Source: Candidatus Omnitrophota bacterium
GTDB taxonomy: Bacteria > Omnitrophota > Gorgyraeia > Gygaellales > UBA12090
DNA: 64,000 nt
Direction of reading: 5' to 3'
Assembly: GCA_023247895.1 (NCBI GenBank)
Contig: JAHFFP010000001.1
Location: 1,029 to 65,028 of the forward strand
Shown: in pieces, positions 17,823 to 27,734 of the stretch
Numbering within the stretch: the first letter of the stretch is position 1
How the letters are laid out: each line of letters begins with the position of its first letter
Notes under the pieces: generated by a model
The model's input: the letters and a program-made list of their open reading frames with translations, nothing else
What the model was told of the DNA's origin: nothing
The model's database searches: none
Program-made: the position numbers and the translations under genes

Positions 17823-20794
17823 AGATTATTCTCTAATTTATCAAAACCATTTTTTAAACCAGCGCGTATCAAATTTTGTACTTCATGGATATCTTGCACT
17901 TCTAAAATATCCCACTTACCAAATTTCCCAAAATTATTTATCGCAGGAATCCATAATTCACGCGCTGTCTTAACTTTTATTGTTTTCTTGTCATCTTTTT
18001 TTCCTGTAACCTCAATGATTAAATTTAGAATTGATTTATCGGATAACTCAATTTTTGCAATAAAATCCGGGTTGTAATAATGTGCCGCGCCTTGGTGCTC
18101 ATATGGAATGGCAAAACCCAGATTTTGATTTTTGACATAGGATAAAACTTCTGGCATCTGCTCTAATCTTTTCGCAACCCCTTGCTCCCATTCTAGAGTA
18201 TCAGCTACAACGTAATTAACATGGCTCTTGGCTGTACCCTGTACTTCTTTTGTAGTCAAAAAATCCACATATGTAGTAGAACCCAGAGTATCATAAGGAG
18301 CAAGGACCGGAAGAATTCTTTTCTCTTTTTGTTCTGATAGATGCTCAGCTACAATCCCATGCTGAATCTTCGTTAATGCTCCAGAGAAGTATTCACCCAC
18401 AGACAAATAGCCAATTACCATACGATCCTTTAAAACAACATAACTCTTTACATATTCTTCGCAAATTTTCTTAAGCTGCGGGAATAACCAGTATTTTTCC
18501 GTGCCGTCAGCATCCATATAGTAATGTTTGAGTAAGGCCTCGGCAAGTCGTATTATTACTTCGCCATCCCTACGGCTCTTTATCTTTTCAAGCTTTTCTA
18601 CGGTTGTTTCTCCAATAATACCGCCAGACGTAACTTCAGTAGGTTCATTTTCAATTACGGTTTTAGATTCTTCCGTAAACCGAGCCTTCAGCTTTGTCTC
18701 ATCCAGCTCGTATCGATATCCTTCAACGCGCGGAAACGTAATCTCATATTGTTTGCGTTCTTGCAAAGAACAAACACGGTGAATAACTTTTGGCGGCTGT
18801 GGCGGAGTAACTCCTTCAGATTTTAAGAAATTGAACGGCACGCCATACACCTCAGCATATTCTGGCGTCATAAGACCAGTTCCTTTATCGACATCATATT
18901 CAACACGTCTTAAAGCCCTTCCTACTACTTGCTCACACAAAAGCTGAGTAGAAAAAGCTCTAATACCCAAAATATGAGTAACCGTATTTACATCCCAGCC
19001 TTCAGTAAGCATAGAAACAGATACTACGCATTTTATGTTTTCGCCTAGCTTACCCGGCTTTCCAACAGTATTCATTACCTCGCGCAAAAGTTCCTCATCA
19101 CTTGGCTCGGATCTTCCAGGAAAACGGTAACGGTATTCTTTATGGAAATCTTCAATTTCCTTAGTAAAGATTTTCTTAAACTCATCATTTATTTTTTCAC
19201 CACTTTCTAACTGGGCGCTATCAATAAGAAGCGTATTAGGACGATCGATGAACTGCGCGCCGTTTTCGTTTCGGAAATACTCCAAATTACCTTTTTCGAG
19301 TTTAATTCTTCCTGTTGCCGTCTCAATCTCATATCCAGCTATCCAACGATAAACCAATTCAGAAACTGCCGTATTATTACACACGACAATCATAACCGGA
19401 GGCATAACCGAAGGATTAGTCTTCTTCACGTCCGCATAGCGTAGATAATACTGCTCATAGTTGCCGTATAATGACTCTAGCGCCTCCTGTAATTTCGTAG
19501 GCAAAACGAGGGTCGTAAGATAATCTTTACCTCCGGTTTTTAAACCTTTCTTAGGCAAGTTATCGCGGACGTACAGCCATAAATTACGGAATTCTGGTTC
19601 CTCTTCTTGCCTAATGGTGTCCGATTCAATTGGTAAGCGCGGAATCTTCACTACGCCACACTCTAAAGCATCCAATAGTGAAAAATCGTAAACTGTCCAA
19701 GAGAAAAGCGTTCCTTCTTGGTAACCAGAGCCACTTAAGAAATACGGGGTAGCAGAAAGATCGATTATCCCATTAAGAGCAATCTTTTTAGAAAGAGCGG
19801 CTATCCCATTAAGCCAAACCCTCGCTGCTTTATTATTCTCATCTGCTTCTTGCCGTTCGTCTCCTACTAATCTTTCCTCACTTGGTTTCTCTTGATAGCA
19901 ATGATGAGCCTCATCATTGATAACTAGAATTCGCGGCTTCCCAAGCAAACTTTTAAACGCCCTATTTACCATAGTCATCGGAGTCTCTTTTACAGCTTCA
20001 TCTTTAATGATTCCTGCTACTTTCATAACTGACCCAACTTGAAAACGAGGGTTTTGTCGCAACTCTAACTGATGAAAATTTGTTATAATAATTACTGCTT
20101 GCTGAAGAAGCTCAAAATCCTGATATGAGACAATATCTCGCTTCCGATAATAGTTGCTTACGTCGTTTGGCAATAAAACATTAAGCCGATCCCGAATAGT
20201 AATTCCGGGAGTGATAATTGCAAAGGCGTCAGTAAATCGTGTATCTTGCGGATAACGAATCTTATTGAGTGTGTTATAAGCAATAATCATTGCCATAACA
20301 ACAGTTTTGCCTGAACCTGTTGCCATTTTGAAGGCCATACGGTATAACCCAGGATTTGCGTCAGCACTTGATTTCTTAAGTTCATTAATTATCCAACTTT
20401 CGCTAGACTTCTCTGCAGTCTCATTTATAAACATTAATGTTTCTATCGCCTCAATCTGACAAAAGAATAATTTATTTTCTCTAGTTTCATCGCGCCAATA
20501 GGCGAGAAGATCCCGGGAAGTTTTTGTGAGACCATGATAACCGCCATCTCTCCATTCCTTTACCTTAATCCTGATTTTATTTATAAACTCATTCTCTTTT
20601 TGGAGTTCGCTGCCAAAAGCTCCTTCAGCTATATTAAGCTCAAGTTGCTTCTCTTTTGTTTTGGCGCGCGGGATAGGAATGTAGAAACTACTTGGCCGAC
20701 GAAATTCTAAAACCTCATCAGTTATTCCACGCTCATCTGATTTAAAATGGAGGGTAGGTTCAAAATATGGGAAATTTAATATGGGCGATTTCAT
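17804..20794 (-). CDS. res: Type III restriction enzyme Res subunit (SF2 helicase + endonuclease)
   Basis: GSGKT Walker A, LVINDEAHH (DEAH box), helicase C motifs, ~1000 aa. Confidence 0.8.
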   Translation of the reverse strand: MKSPILNFPYFEPTLHFKSDERGITDEVLEFRRPSSFYIPIPRAKTKEKQLELNIAEGAFGSELQKENEFINKIRIKVKEWRDGGYHGLTKTSRDLLAYWRDETRENKLFFCQIEAIETLMFINETAEKSSESWIINELKKSSADANPGLYRMAFKMATGSGKTVVMAMIIAYNTLNKIRYPQDTRFTDAFAIITPGITIRDRLNVLLPNDVSNYYRKRDIVSYQDFELLQQAVIIITNFHQLELRQNPRFQVGSVMKVAGIIKDEAVKETPMTMVNRAFKSLLGKPRILVINDEAHHCYQEKPSEERLVGDERQEADENNKAARVWLNGIAALSKKIALNGIIDLSATPYFLSGSGYQEGTLFSWTVYDFSLLDALECGVVKIPRLPIESDTIRQEEEPEFRNLWLYVRDNLPKKGLKTGGKDYLTTLVLPTKLQEALESLYGNYEQYYLRYADVKKTNPSVMPPVMIVVCNNTAVSELVYRWIAGYEIETATGRIKLEKGNLEYFRNENGAQFIDRPNTLLIDSAQLESGEKINDEFKKIFTKEIEDFHKEYRYRFPGRSEPSDEELLREVMNTVGKPGKLGENIKCVVSVSMLTEGWDVNTVTHILGIRAFSTQLLCEQVVGRALRRVEYDVDKGTGLMTPEYAEVYGVPFNFLKSEGVTPPQPPKVIHRVCSLQERKQYEITFPRVEGYRYELDETKLKARFTEESKTVIENEPTEVTSGGIIGETTVEKLEKIKSRRDGEVIIRLAEALLKHYYMDADGTEKYWLFPQLKKICEEYVKSYVVLKDRMVIGYLSVGEYFSGALTKIQHGIVAEHLSEQKEKRILPVLAPYDTLGSTTYVDFLTTKEVQGTAKSHVNYVVADTLEWEQGVAKRLEQMPEVLSYVKNQNLGFAIPYEHQGAAHYYNPDFIAKIELSDKSILNLIIEVTGKKDDKKTIKVKTARELWIPAINNFGKFGKWDILEVQDIHEVQNLIRAGLKNGFDKLENNLWEEKG

Positions 20795-20797
20795 TAC

Positions 20798-21001
20798 TTA
20801 CTCTTCTAAAAAATAAGCCGCTTCTTTCTTAAGGGCTTTTGCAATCTTAACCAACGTTTCAATTGATGGCATTGAAAGACCAGTTTCGTAACGCGAAATA
20901 CTTTTCTGCTTCGCACTTATTTTTTTTGCAAGCTCAGTTTGATTCAAATCTAATTCAATACGGGCAATTTTTATCTTCTTCCCTAATTTTTTAGCGTCCA
21001 T
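20798..21001 (-). CDS. XRE-family HTH protein, probable R-M controller (C) protein
   Basis: LNQTELAKKISAKQKSISRYETG HTH; 67 aa; immediately upstream of res-mod. Confidence 0.65.
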   Translation of the reverse strand: MDAKKLGKKIKIARIELDLNQTELAKKISAKQKSISRYETGLSMPSIETLVKIAKALKKEAAYFLEE

Positions 21002-21020
21002 TCCATCTCCAAAATAATAC

Positions 21021-21050
21021 TTGACAATTATACCTTTTAAGGTATAATTT
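21021..21050 (+). promoter_or_regulatory. Consensus sigma-70 promoter (TTGACA-16 nt-TATAAT) overlapping palindrome aattatacctttt|aaggtataatt; candidate C-box operator / divergent promoter region
   Basis: Exact -35/-10 hexamers at 21021-21026 and 21043-21048; 11-bp perfect inverted repeat. Confidence 0.5.
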
Positions 21051-21318
21051 AGTCATTAAGGGAATATTTACATTCTAGACTTATTAAGGCTAATATATAC
21101 CTATCCGGTAATAAACGCAAGTAATTTATGGGTAACTCGAGTTTGATAGAGGGTAAGGTTCGGGGACAGTCCTCTGCGGGGACAGTCCTTTCGGTAACTT
21201 CGAGGGCAGACCCTTCCGTCCAGCATCTATTAGACGTAATCTCTTCTATTATAGCCGAAGAATACATTATGATAGCTAAACAAAACCCTAAAACATTTCA
21301 AAATGATGGAGGCACAAA

Positions 21319-23307
21319 ATGAAAGCAGCAATATACGCAAGATATTCTTCTGAAAATCAAAGCGAAAAGAGTATTGACGACCAGATAAGAGTATGCAAAA
21401 ACTACTGCAAAGAGCATGAAATTCTTATAAATGAGGAACACATTTATGTTGATGAAGCCCTATCCGGCTCCCTACTTAACCGCCCCGGATTACAAGCCTT
21501 GGATAAAGCCGCAGAAAACAAGGAATTTGAGGCTGTGGTTGTTGATGACCTCTCCCGCCTTTCAAGAAGTAACCACCAGATGCTGACACTGGTGCTTAAA
21601 TTCAATTATTATCAAGTTAAGATTATCTCGGTTGCAGATGGAATCTGCACTGACGATGAAAATTCGAAGTTAGGGATTCAAATGCGCGGCTTAATAAATG
21701 AGCTATACCTGGATGATTTGAGAAAAAAGACCCTGCGTGGGCTTGAGGGGCAAAAACTCCGCGGCTTTAGCGCCGGCGAAAAAGTCTATGGCTACTATAC
21801 CAAGCCCGTAGGCGAATTAAAACTTAATCGTAAAGGACAAGCCAAATACGAAGGTATGGTCCATAAAATAAACCCTGATGAGGCTGAAATCGTAAAAAGG
21901 ATATTCAAGGAATTCGCAGACGGTAAAAGCATCCAGAAAATAATGATTGGGCTTAACGAAGAAAAGGTTCCGACAAAAAGAAAACTTAACGGCGGATGGA
22001 ATACCTCAACCATATCCAGGATTTTAAAGAACCAGAAATATATCGGAATATGGAACTGGAGAAAAACAAAGGTTGTCAGGGACCCGATGACCGGGAAAAA
22101 GAAGAAATTTGCCCGTCCTGAAAAAGATATGATTCCTATTCAGCGAGAGGATCTGGTCATTATCGATAAAGAACTCTGGGAAAAAGTGCAAAAAAGACGG
22201 CAGGAAATAGAAGGAACATGGCCGGTAAGCAAGAAAAAACAGGCCTTCTACCAGCAAAAAAGCTATGTGCATACCAGCCCAAACCACTTATTTTCCGGCC
22301 TAATGAAGTGTAATTCCTGCGGCGGAGCAATCGTCCTCATTAGCGGCAAGGGCGGCGGTTATTACGGATGCTACAATACAAAAAGAAAAACCTGTAGTAA
22401 CCCTCTTACTATTCCCCGGAAAAGGATAGAAGAAATAATTATCAAGGAGTTACAAAATACAATACTAACCGCAGAGAATATCGAATATGTCTATAAGAAC
22501 GTGGAGAAACTTGCCGTGCAAGGTCTAAATGAAATACCCGAACTGGTTACGAAAAAGAAGGCGCAATATGAAAAAATACAGCAAGAGATACAAAATTACC
22601 TTAATTTTATCAGGATGGGTAATCTTTCCAAGGCAGTGGCTGATGCTTTAACAGAAGCAGAAAAGAAAAATGATGGGCTAAAGCAGGAAATCGGGTCTTT
22701 GGAGTTTCAGAAAGAGAATAATTTCAAAGCACCGCCAAAAGAATGGATAAATCACAGGCTGGAAAACTTAAAGGACACCCTGAATAAAAACACTATCTCT
22801 TCTTCCTTAGCGCTTAAAGAACTATTGGGAGCAATAACGCTTGAGCCGGTTTTAACCAAAGACGCTGATTTTTACCAGCTTTTTGCGGAAAACGAGAAGA
22901 ATTTCAAGCCCTATTACGTTGCCCATACAAAAATTCAAACCCTTGCGCTCTTAGATGAAGAGCACAAAGGTTCGAATTGGTGTCACTGGCGGAGAGTGGA
23001 GGATTTGAACCTCCGGTCGCCTTACGGCGACAACGGTTTTCGAGACCGCCGCATTCAACCGCTCTGCCAACTCTCCGAATTATATTTTCTTTCCTATAAT
23101 CAAAGCTGTATCAAATTCCGTATCTTTTCTTTTAATTTCGGACAACCCTGCATCCTTCATCCACGAACGCACTTGGGATTCGGTATAGGTATCGCCCTCT
23201 TCTGTGGCGACGAGCATATTCAAAGAAAAAAGGGCGCCAAAGGAGGGGCTCGTCCTATCTTCATCCATAATAAAATCCTGCACTACCACCTGCCCTCCGG
23301 GATTTAG
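21319..23307 (+). CDS. large serine recombinase (integrase). ORF has no stop until 23307 and reads through tRNA-Ser and into the convergent methyltransferase gene. The functional C-terminus is probably near 22980.
   Basis: MKAAIYARYSSENQS...SIDDQ (resolvase catalytic Ser domain), recombinase domain, CNSCGG...C zinc ribbon, coiled-coil. Confidence 0.75.
   Translation: MKAAIYARYSSENQSEKSIDDQIRVCKNYCKEHEILINEEHIYVDEALSGSLLNRPGLQALDKAAENKEFEAVVVDDLSRLSRSNHQMLTLVLKFNYYQVKIISVADGICTDDENSKLGIQMRGLINELYLDDLRKKTLRGLEGQKLRGFSAGEKVYGYYTKPVGELKLNRKGQAKYEGMVHKINPDEAEIVKRIFKEFADGKSIQKIMIGLNEEKVPTKRKLNGGWNTSTISRILKNQKYIGIWNWRKTKVVRDPMTGKKKKFARPEKDMIPIQREDLVIIDKELWEKVQKRRQEIEGTWPVSKKKQAFYQQKSYVHTSPNHLFSGLMKCNSCGGAIVLISGKGGGYYGCYNTKRKTCSNPLTIPRKRIEEIIIKELQNTILTAENIEYVYKNVEKLAVQGLNEIPELVTKKKAQYEKIQQEIQNYLNFIRMGNLSKAVADALTEAEKKNDGLKQEIGSLEFQKENNFKAPPKEWINHRLENLKDTLNKNTISSSLALKELLGAITLEPVLTKDADFYQLFAENEKNFKPYYVAHTKIQTLALLDEEHKGSNWCHWRRVEDLNLRSPYGDNGFRDRRIQPLCQLSELYFLSYNQSCIKFRIFSFNFGQPCILHPRTHLGFGIGIALFCGDEHIQRKKGAKGGARPIFIHNKILHYHLPSGI
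22987..23076 (-). tRNA. tRNA-Ser (anticodon CGA), CCA encoded
   Basis: GGAGAGT acceptor, long variable arm, GGTTCAAATCC T-loop, anticodon loop CT-CGA-AA. Confidence 0.8.
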
Positions 23308-24084
23308 GGCATTGACACATTTCACTATCAATTTCTTGCTTTTTGCAAATGAATTACTGTGGACAATCGCTGAAAGAAATATTAAGTCAAAGCCGCTGCC
23401 CAAGCTATCAGCATTGTAATCCCCTGCCACCACATCAATTTTATCTAAAAGGCCTTCTTTTTTAATATAGCTTCTGGTAAGCACAACGACGTTTGGCAAA
23501 TCGAAAGCTCTTACCCTTACGCCGTCTTTTGCCCGCGCAAAAGCCATTGCATACGCCCCTGAACCAGCGCCGACATCAAGCACTCGCATAACTTTTGATA
23601 AATCTAACATTGACACTATTTTTTTTGCCTGTGTCAGCGCGCGCTCATGCATTGCGGCAATAAAAGCAGTAAGCCACTCTTTTTCTCTCTTTTTTACCGA
23701 GACGTTTTTGCCTAAGACTGCCTTGCCTTTACGCACTGCCTGTGTCAAAGTACTCCAGCTATTCCAGAGGTTGGCTACATGCATAAGCCCTGCCATATAT
23801 TCGGGCTTTCCTTTCACCAGGAATCGCGACGTCAAAGGAGTATTGGAAAACTTCCCCGCCTTCTTCTTTAAAAGCCCTGTGGCACAAAGGGCGTTCATCA
23901 GGCGTCCGGCAGATTTTTGCGGTAATCGCAAAGCCTTCGCCACTTCCTCAGCGTCTTTACTCTTATCACCTAAAGCGCTAAATAGATCCAATTCATAGGC
24001 TGTAAGCAGAATCCGGCTTTCCTTAAATGCCATTGCCATCTGCATAATTCTATCAGCAGAGCAATTATTTCTTTCTAGTGCCAT
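23080..24084 (-). CDS. class I SAM-dependent O-methyltransferase (dimerisation + MTase domains)
   Basis: VLDVGAGSGAYAMAFARA glycine-rich SAM motif; OMT-like N-terminal wHTH dimerisation region. Confidence 0.7.
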   Translation of the reverse strand: MALERNNCSADRIMQMAMAFKESRILLTAYELDLFSALGDKSKDAEEVAKALRLPQKSAGRLMNALCATGLLKKKAGKFSNTPLTSRFLVKGKPEYMAGLMHVANLWNSWSTLTQAVRKGKAVLGKNVSVKKREKEWLTAFIAAMHERALTQAKKIVSMLDLSKVMRVLDVGAGSGAYAMAFARAKDGVRVRAFDLPNVVVLTRSYIKKEGLLDKIDVVAGDYNADSLGSGFDLIFLSAIVHSNSFAKSKKLIVKCVNALNPGGQVVVQDFIMDEDRTSPSFGALFSLNMLVATEEGDTYTESQVRSWMKDAGLSEIKRKDTEFDTALIIGKKI

Positions 24085-24096
24085 CTATATCAAGCC

Positions 24097-25722
24097 TCAC
24101 TCTTTTACATTAACCGCTTGCTTTTCATATACAAAAAGCGGGATATCTTTTACTAGCACCTGAAGCTTCCCCTCTTTCACAGGTTTGATTTCGCTGTTAA
24201 AGGCGGCATGATAATCCACGATATCCTTGCCAAATTCATATTTAGGGACTGCCTCGGTTATCACCGCTTCAGCCGATGCTATGCCGGATATAGAAACCGG
24301 AGTTTCTTCCTGGGTATCATTCCATATGACCCAAACAGGCTTACCCTGCGTAATGAATTTATAAACGTATATGCCGTCTTTTTCCTGAATTACTTGTATA
24401 GTATCCCACTCACCACCATCAAGAGTCTCGGACAATTTCTTAAAGGTAAAATAGGAAAGCTTTTTGGCGCAATAGCCGGGGTTGTTATCGCCATGGCCGT
24501 TATACAGCAACCCCATATAGCCGTCGGGGCCTTGGCTTACGGCATTATCCATAATGCTAAACCAAAATACTTTCTTTACCCCAAAGCTCAAAGGGAAAAC
24601 AATCCTGCGGAACAAATCTACGGCCTGTTCTTTTTCTGTTTGGCTTGATGCGTACCCTTCTACATCGCGCGGCCTTCCGCTATACACCGCGGTCTCAGTA
24701 ATCCAAATCTCCATACCCTTATATCCAAGGACATCTAAGCCCTCTCTAATCATTGCATAGGCATCTTTCATCACTCGATAGTTGCCTGTTGCATTCCCAT
24801 AAAAATGGTAATCAAAAATATCAACGTCTTTGCCAGTGAGCTTCTCTAAAACCCGCAGGTAATATGTGTGAAACAGCTTTTCCGTTTGTGAACCGACATC
24901 CGCCATTCCCGAAAGGACAACTTTTGCTTGCGGGTCTTGCGCCTTAATTGCCTTTGCGGTAATCTCAAGGATGTGGGTATAATTATCCACAGAAACATTA
25001 AACCAGCTCGCGATAGTTGCTGTGTCAGCCTGCGCATCAAGCACAAGAGGCACCCCCGAAGGAGGCGGCCCGGGAAGCTCATTATCAATTTGCCAGTATT
25101 TAATGGGGTTTTTTAGGCCCGGCATATCACTCAGGCCATCTCCGTCATATCGCTCCACCAAATCCTTGACAAACTGAATATATTTTTCTTCATCAACTAA
25201 TTTCAGATAGCTTGCCGGAGGGTTATACGTGCTTAGCTTTTGCAACTCCTTTGGAATGTTAGATGGTTGTATCGCAGCCCACCTGCGCACATCAATATTA
25301 GCTAAAATATGCATAGAGACGGGAATACTTCCATAATTACTATCCATCAATTGCTGCCAGGTTGCGCCTAACTCTTGCGGCGGAATAAAGGCATACATAC
25401 CCGGCCTCTCCCACCCTGCGCCAACGTCCTCGGCGTAACTATACGTTCCCCAAAGCTTGGGATCGGCTAAATTATCCGGGTTATGGGTGAAGATGTCTTT
25501 CGGGTAAATTCTACCGATATGAAAACCAAAAGGCACAGACGTTATAGGATTATGCCCGGGAGGAACTACCCCTGTAACCATTGGTTGATGAACAAAATCT
25601 TCTGGATTTTGTGATACCGGCTGACTCTCTGCAAAAGAAAGGTTCTCAAAGGCACAATAAAAGCTAATAGCAGCAAGGCTTACTACGATTACCAGGATAG
25701 ATTTTCTAGCCATCTTCTTCAT
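24097..25722 (-). CDS. secreted TIM-barrel glycoside hydrolase (clan GH-A-like)
   Basis: Signal peptide; IDNELPG (NEP acid/base) and ITETA (nucleophile Glu) motifs. Confidence 0.55.
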   Translation of the reverse strand: MKKMARKSILVIVVSLAAISFYCAFENLSFAESQPVSQNPEDFVHQPMVTGVVPPGHNPITSVPFGFHIGRIYPKDIFTHNPDNLADPKLWGTYSYAEDVGAGWERPGMYAFIPPQELGATWQQLMDSNYGSIPVSMHILANIDVRRWAAIQPSNIPKELQKLSTYNPPASYLKLVDEEKYIQFVKDLVERYDGDGLSDMPGLKNPIKYWQIDNELPGPPPSGVPLVLDAQADTATIASWFNVSVDNYTHILEITAKAIKAQDPQAKVVLSGMADVGSQTEKLFHTYYLRVLEKLTGKDVDIFDYHFYGNATGNYRVMKDAYAMIREGLDVLGYKGMEIWITETAVYSGRPRDVEGYASSQTEKEQAVDLFRRIVFPLSFGVKKVFWFSIMDNAVSQGPDGYMGLLYNGHGDNNPGYCAKKLSYFTFKKLSETLDGGEWDTIQVIQEKDGIYVYKFITQGKPVWVIWNDTQEETPVSISGIASAEAVITEAVPKYEFGKDIVDYHAAFNSEIKPVKEGKLQVLVKDIPLFVYEKQAVNVKE

Positions 25723-25726
25723 ACAC

Positions 25727-26080
25727 CTATTTATTCACTACGGGCTCTTTTTGCGTTTCTTCCTCTTTCATTTCCTTTTTTAATTCAGCAACTTCTTTCT
25801 TCAGGGCGCTTAATGCCTGTTTTAATTCGGCTATCTCGCTTCGCAGCTCGGCTATATTTGCCTCGGTTTTTGCGATACGGTTTCCTGTCTCATCAAATCT
25901 TCGCACGGTATAGGTTTTAAAACCCTCGGTAGCCGTAAAGCTGCCCTTCGTAACGGTCTTTTCTCCCTCCGGCCTCTGAACCGATACTCCGGACTTCTTC
26001 TTATAATCCTCTGCCGAAGCCAACATCGTTGATGTGAAGAAAACAAATGCTAAAAGAGAAACAACCTTTTTATTCATCAT
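25727..26080 (-). CDS. secreted small coiled-coil protein
   Basis: Signal peptide + C-terminal heptad-rich segment. Confidence 0.4.
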   Translation of the reverse strand: MMNKKVVSLLAFVFFTSTMLASAEDYKKKSGVSVQRPEGEKTVTKGSFTATEGFKTYTVRRFDETGNRIAKTEANIAELRSEIAELKQALSALKKEVAELKKEMKEEETQKEPVVNK

Positions 26081-26159
26081 ATGAGCCCTCCCTTTTTCGC
26101 TTCAACTTTTGATAGTAGGTAGCTTTTATTTCCTGAAGGGGAACTTTTTCAGGCATAGA

Positions 26160-26660
26160 TTAGCTTTTGGCAAGCTCTTGTTTTGCTTTTTCGGCTAAAA
26201 GCTGCTGCACCAAGGCATCAATCTCTGTTTGGGTAAGCCTTCTGTCGGAACGGAGTGCTTTTCGGCTTGATTGCGGTTGATTTTCTCCAACAATAACAAC
26301 TCTCACAGAATCTCCGGTTTTGATCCTTCTAAGCTCTGAGGGGCTATGCCTTGTTTTTCCCACAATAACCACTCCGCTTGCCGGAACAGGCTTTCCGGCT
26401 TTGCTGATAGGAGTAGGCCCAAAGAATACGCAGATACACCTGCCTTGCGGCCAATAGGCAACATCACCCACGTCAACCTCAGAAGTTAAGACGATATCAT
26501 CGTAAAGCGCTTGTGTATTCGTCTCAAAATAGACTTCATCTCCCCACGTGGAAACAGCCGAATCCAAAGGCAAAGCCTTAACAATTTCCCGCGCGGTCAA
26601 ACCATTGTTGAGCTCAACCACGAAACAGCAATTTTTAGTCTGAAATGACACTTGTTGCAT
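26160..26660 (-). CDS. hypothetical protein
   Basis: 166-aa ORF. Confidence 0.4.
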   Translation of the reverse strand: MQQVSFQTKNCCFVVELNNGLTAREIVKALPLDSAVSTWGDEVYFETNTQALYDDIVLTSEVDVGDVAYWPQGRCICVFFGPTPISKAGKPVPASGVVIVGKTRHSPSELRRIKTGDSVRVVIVGENQPQSSRKALRSDRRLTQTEIDALVQQLLAEKAKQELAKS

Positions 26661-26994
26661 AGGCTACCTTTTATGAAAATAGATTCAACCCAGATTTTGC
26701 AATAGGTTTCGAGAAAAATGGCCCAAATCCTTGACAAGACAAGGCATGCGAGCAAAAGTACCACAGGCGTATCCTGTGCGATACGCCGAGGACACTTTTG
26801 TGAGCATAACGCAGTATTGGCAAGGATTTAGAGACATTTTGCCGAAATCCTATTGCAAATTCTGGGTTCAATTCCTTCTTACCCCGGTGCCTAAATTATA
26901 CGCCAAACAAAAACCCCCTGCAAGGTTATTTATTGCAAGGGGTTTAACAACGGCGCTATACTCACTCGGCTTATCTCCTTACAACAACTGAGTT

Positions 26995-27189
26995 CTACCT
27001 CTGAGGGAGCAGGCGATTCTTCAAAAAAGCAAAACCAGAGCCAGATTTTAAATATCTTTCAAAACTTACAGCTTGAGTTTTGTCCTTAAATACTGTATAT
27101 GTTTCTAAATTCCACGGTGCATAATTTTTGCTATATCTGGTTTCGTTATGATTATGCTCTTTAATCCTATTTTCTAAATTTTCTGTCAA
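26995..27189 (-). CDS. GIY-YIG nuclease-family small protein, N-terminally degraded or non-ATG start
   Basis: ...RLTENLENRIKEHN...YSKNYAPWNLETYTVFKDKTQAVSFERYLKSGSGFAFLKNRL matches the short GIY-YIG family. The frame stays open upstream (EYCLHF...ISGAIIYRL) to a stop, with no ATG. Confidence 0.45.
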   Translation of the reverse strand: MTENLENRIKEHNHNETRYSKNYAPWNLETYTVFKDKTQAVSFERYLKSGSGFAFLKNRLLPQR

Positions 27190-27383
27190 ACGATATATAA
27201 TCGCTCCGGATATTTCTAACTCTTTAAAATGTAAACAGTATTCATGCTATTCTGCTACGCCCTTTAGAATATTTAAAATCATGGTAGGGCTTCGCAGCAA
27301 TTCTTTTTCGCCATACTCAAAAAAAACTTGTTGCTTTGAAGCCCTACCAGCTATTACATATTGAAGGGCGAAAAAAGAACGGC

Positions 27384-27723
27384 GTTCTTGCGACGAAGTC
27401 AGAAGTTTTTACCGCTAAATTCCTTTGCTAAATTTTTAATCTGCACCGCCCTGTCGGGCTCCCACATCTCCCGCGCCCCATTCGCCCCGTTTAGGAGCGG
27501 GGCTCATTCGGCGCCAGCCTGGGCCGGCTGGCTTCTTGCTCATGCAATGCGGGTTCAGCTTTGCTTGTGTTTTGTAGCCGGGTGCGGGCGGCTGCAAAAC
27601 ACAGCGTCCTCACTCCAAGAATTTATTACAGGTAAAACGATTTTTTTAATAAGAGTTCGTCCGCTCTCCCGCCCCAACATCTTCGCCATTATAAAGAACA
27701 AAAATTTTGATGTCAGAATATTA
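27384..27723 (+). repeat. GC-rich, hairpin-dense 340-nt element, copy A (inverted copy at 29419-29758, ~99% identical)
   Basis: Direct comparison. Internal stems include gccccg...cggggc, gccagcc...ggctggc and tgttttgtagccg...cggctgcaaaaca. GC content is far above the flanks. Confidence 0.8.
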
Positions 27724-27734
27724 AAAAATGAGCT

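Noticed and set aside
21049-21322. Small ORFs between C-protein gene and integrase
   Set aside because: Overlap the promoter/operator region; no RBS or conservation signal.
22987-23307. C-terminal 100 aa of the recombinase ORF as real protein
   Set aside because: This stretch is the reverse-strand reading of tRNA-Ser and of the convergent methyltransferase gene. The ORF simply lacks an in-frame stop.
27384-27723. Identification of the GC-rich element as RNase P RNA, tmRNA, SRP or 6S RNA
   Set aside because: Lacks the GGAAAGUCCGGGCUCC P4 region, the tRNA-like GGGG...CCACCA ends, and the SRP GGAA/GNRA domain IV motif. Its identity stays open.
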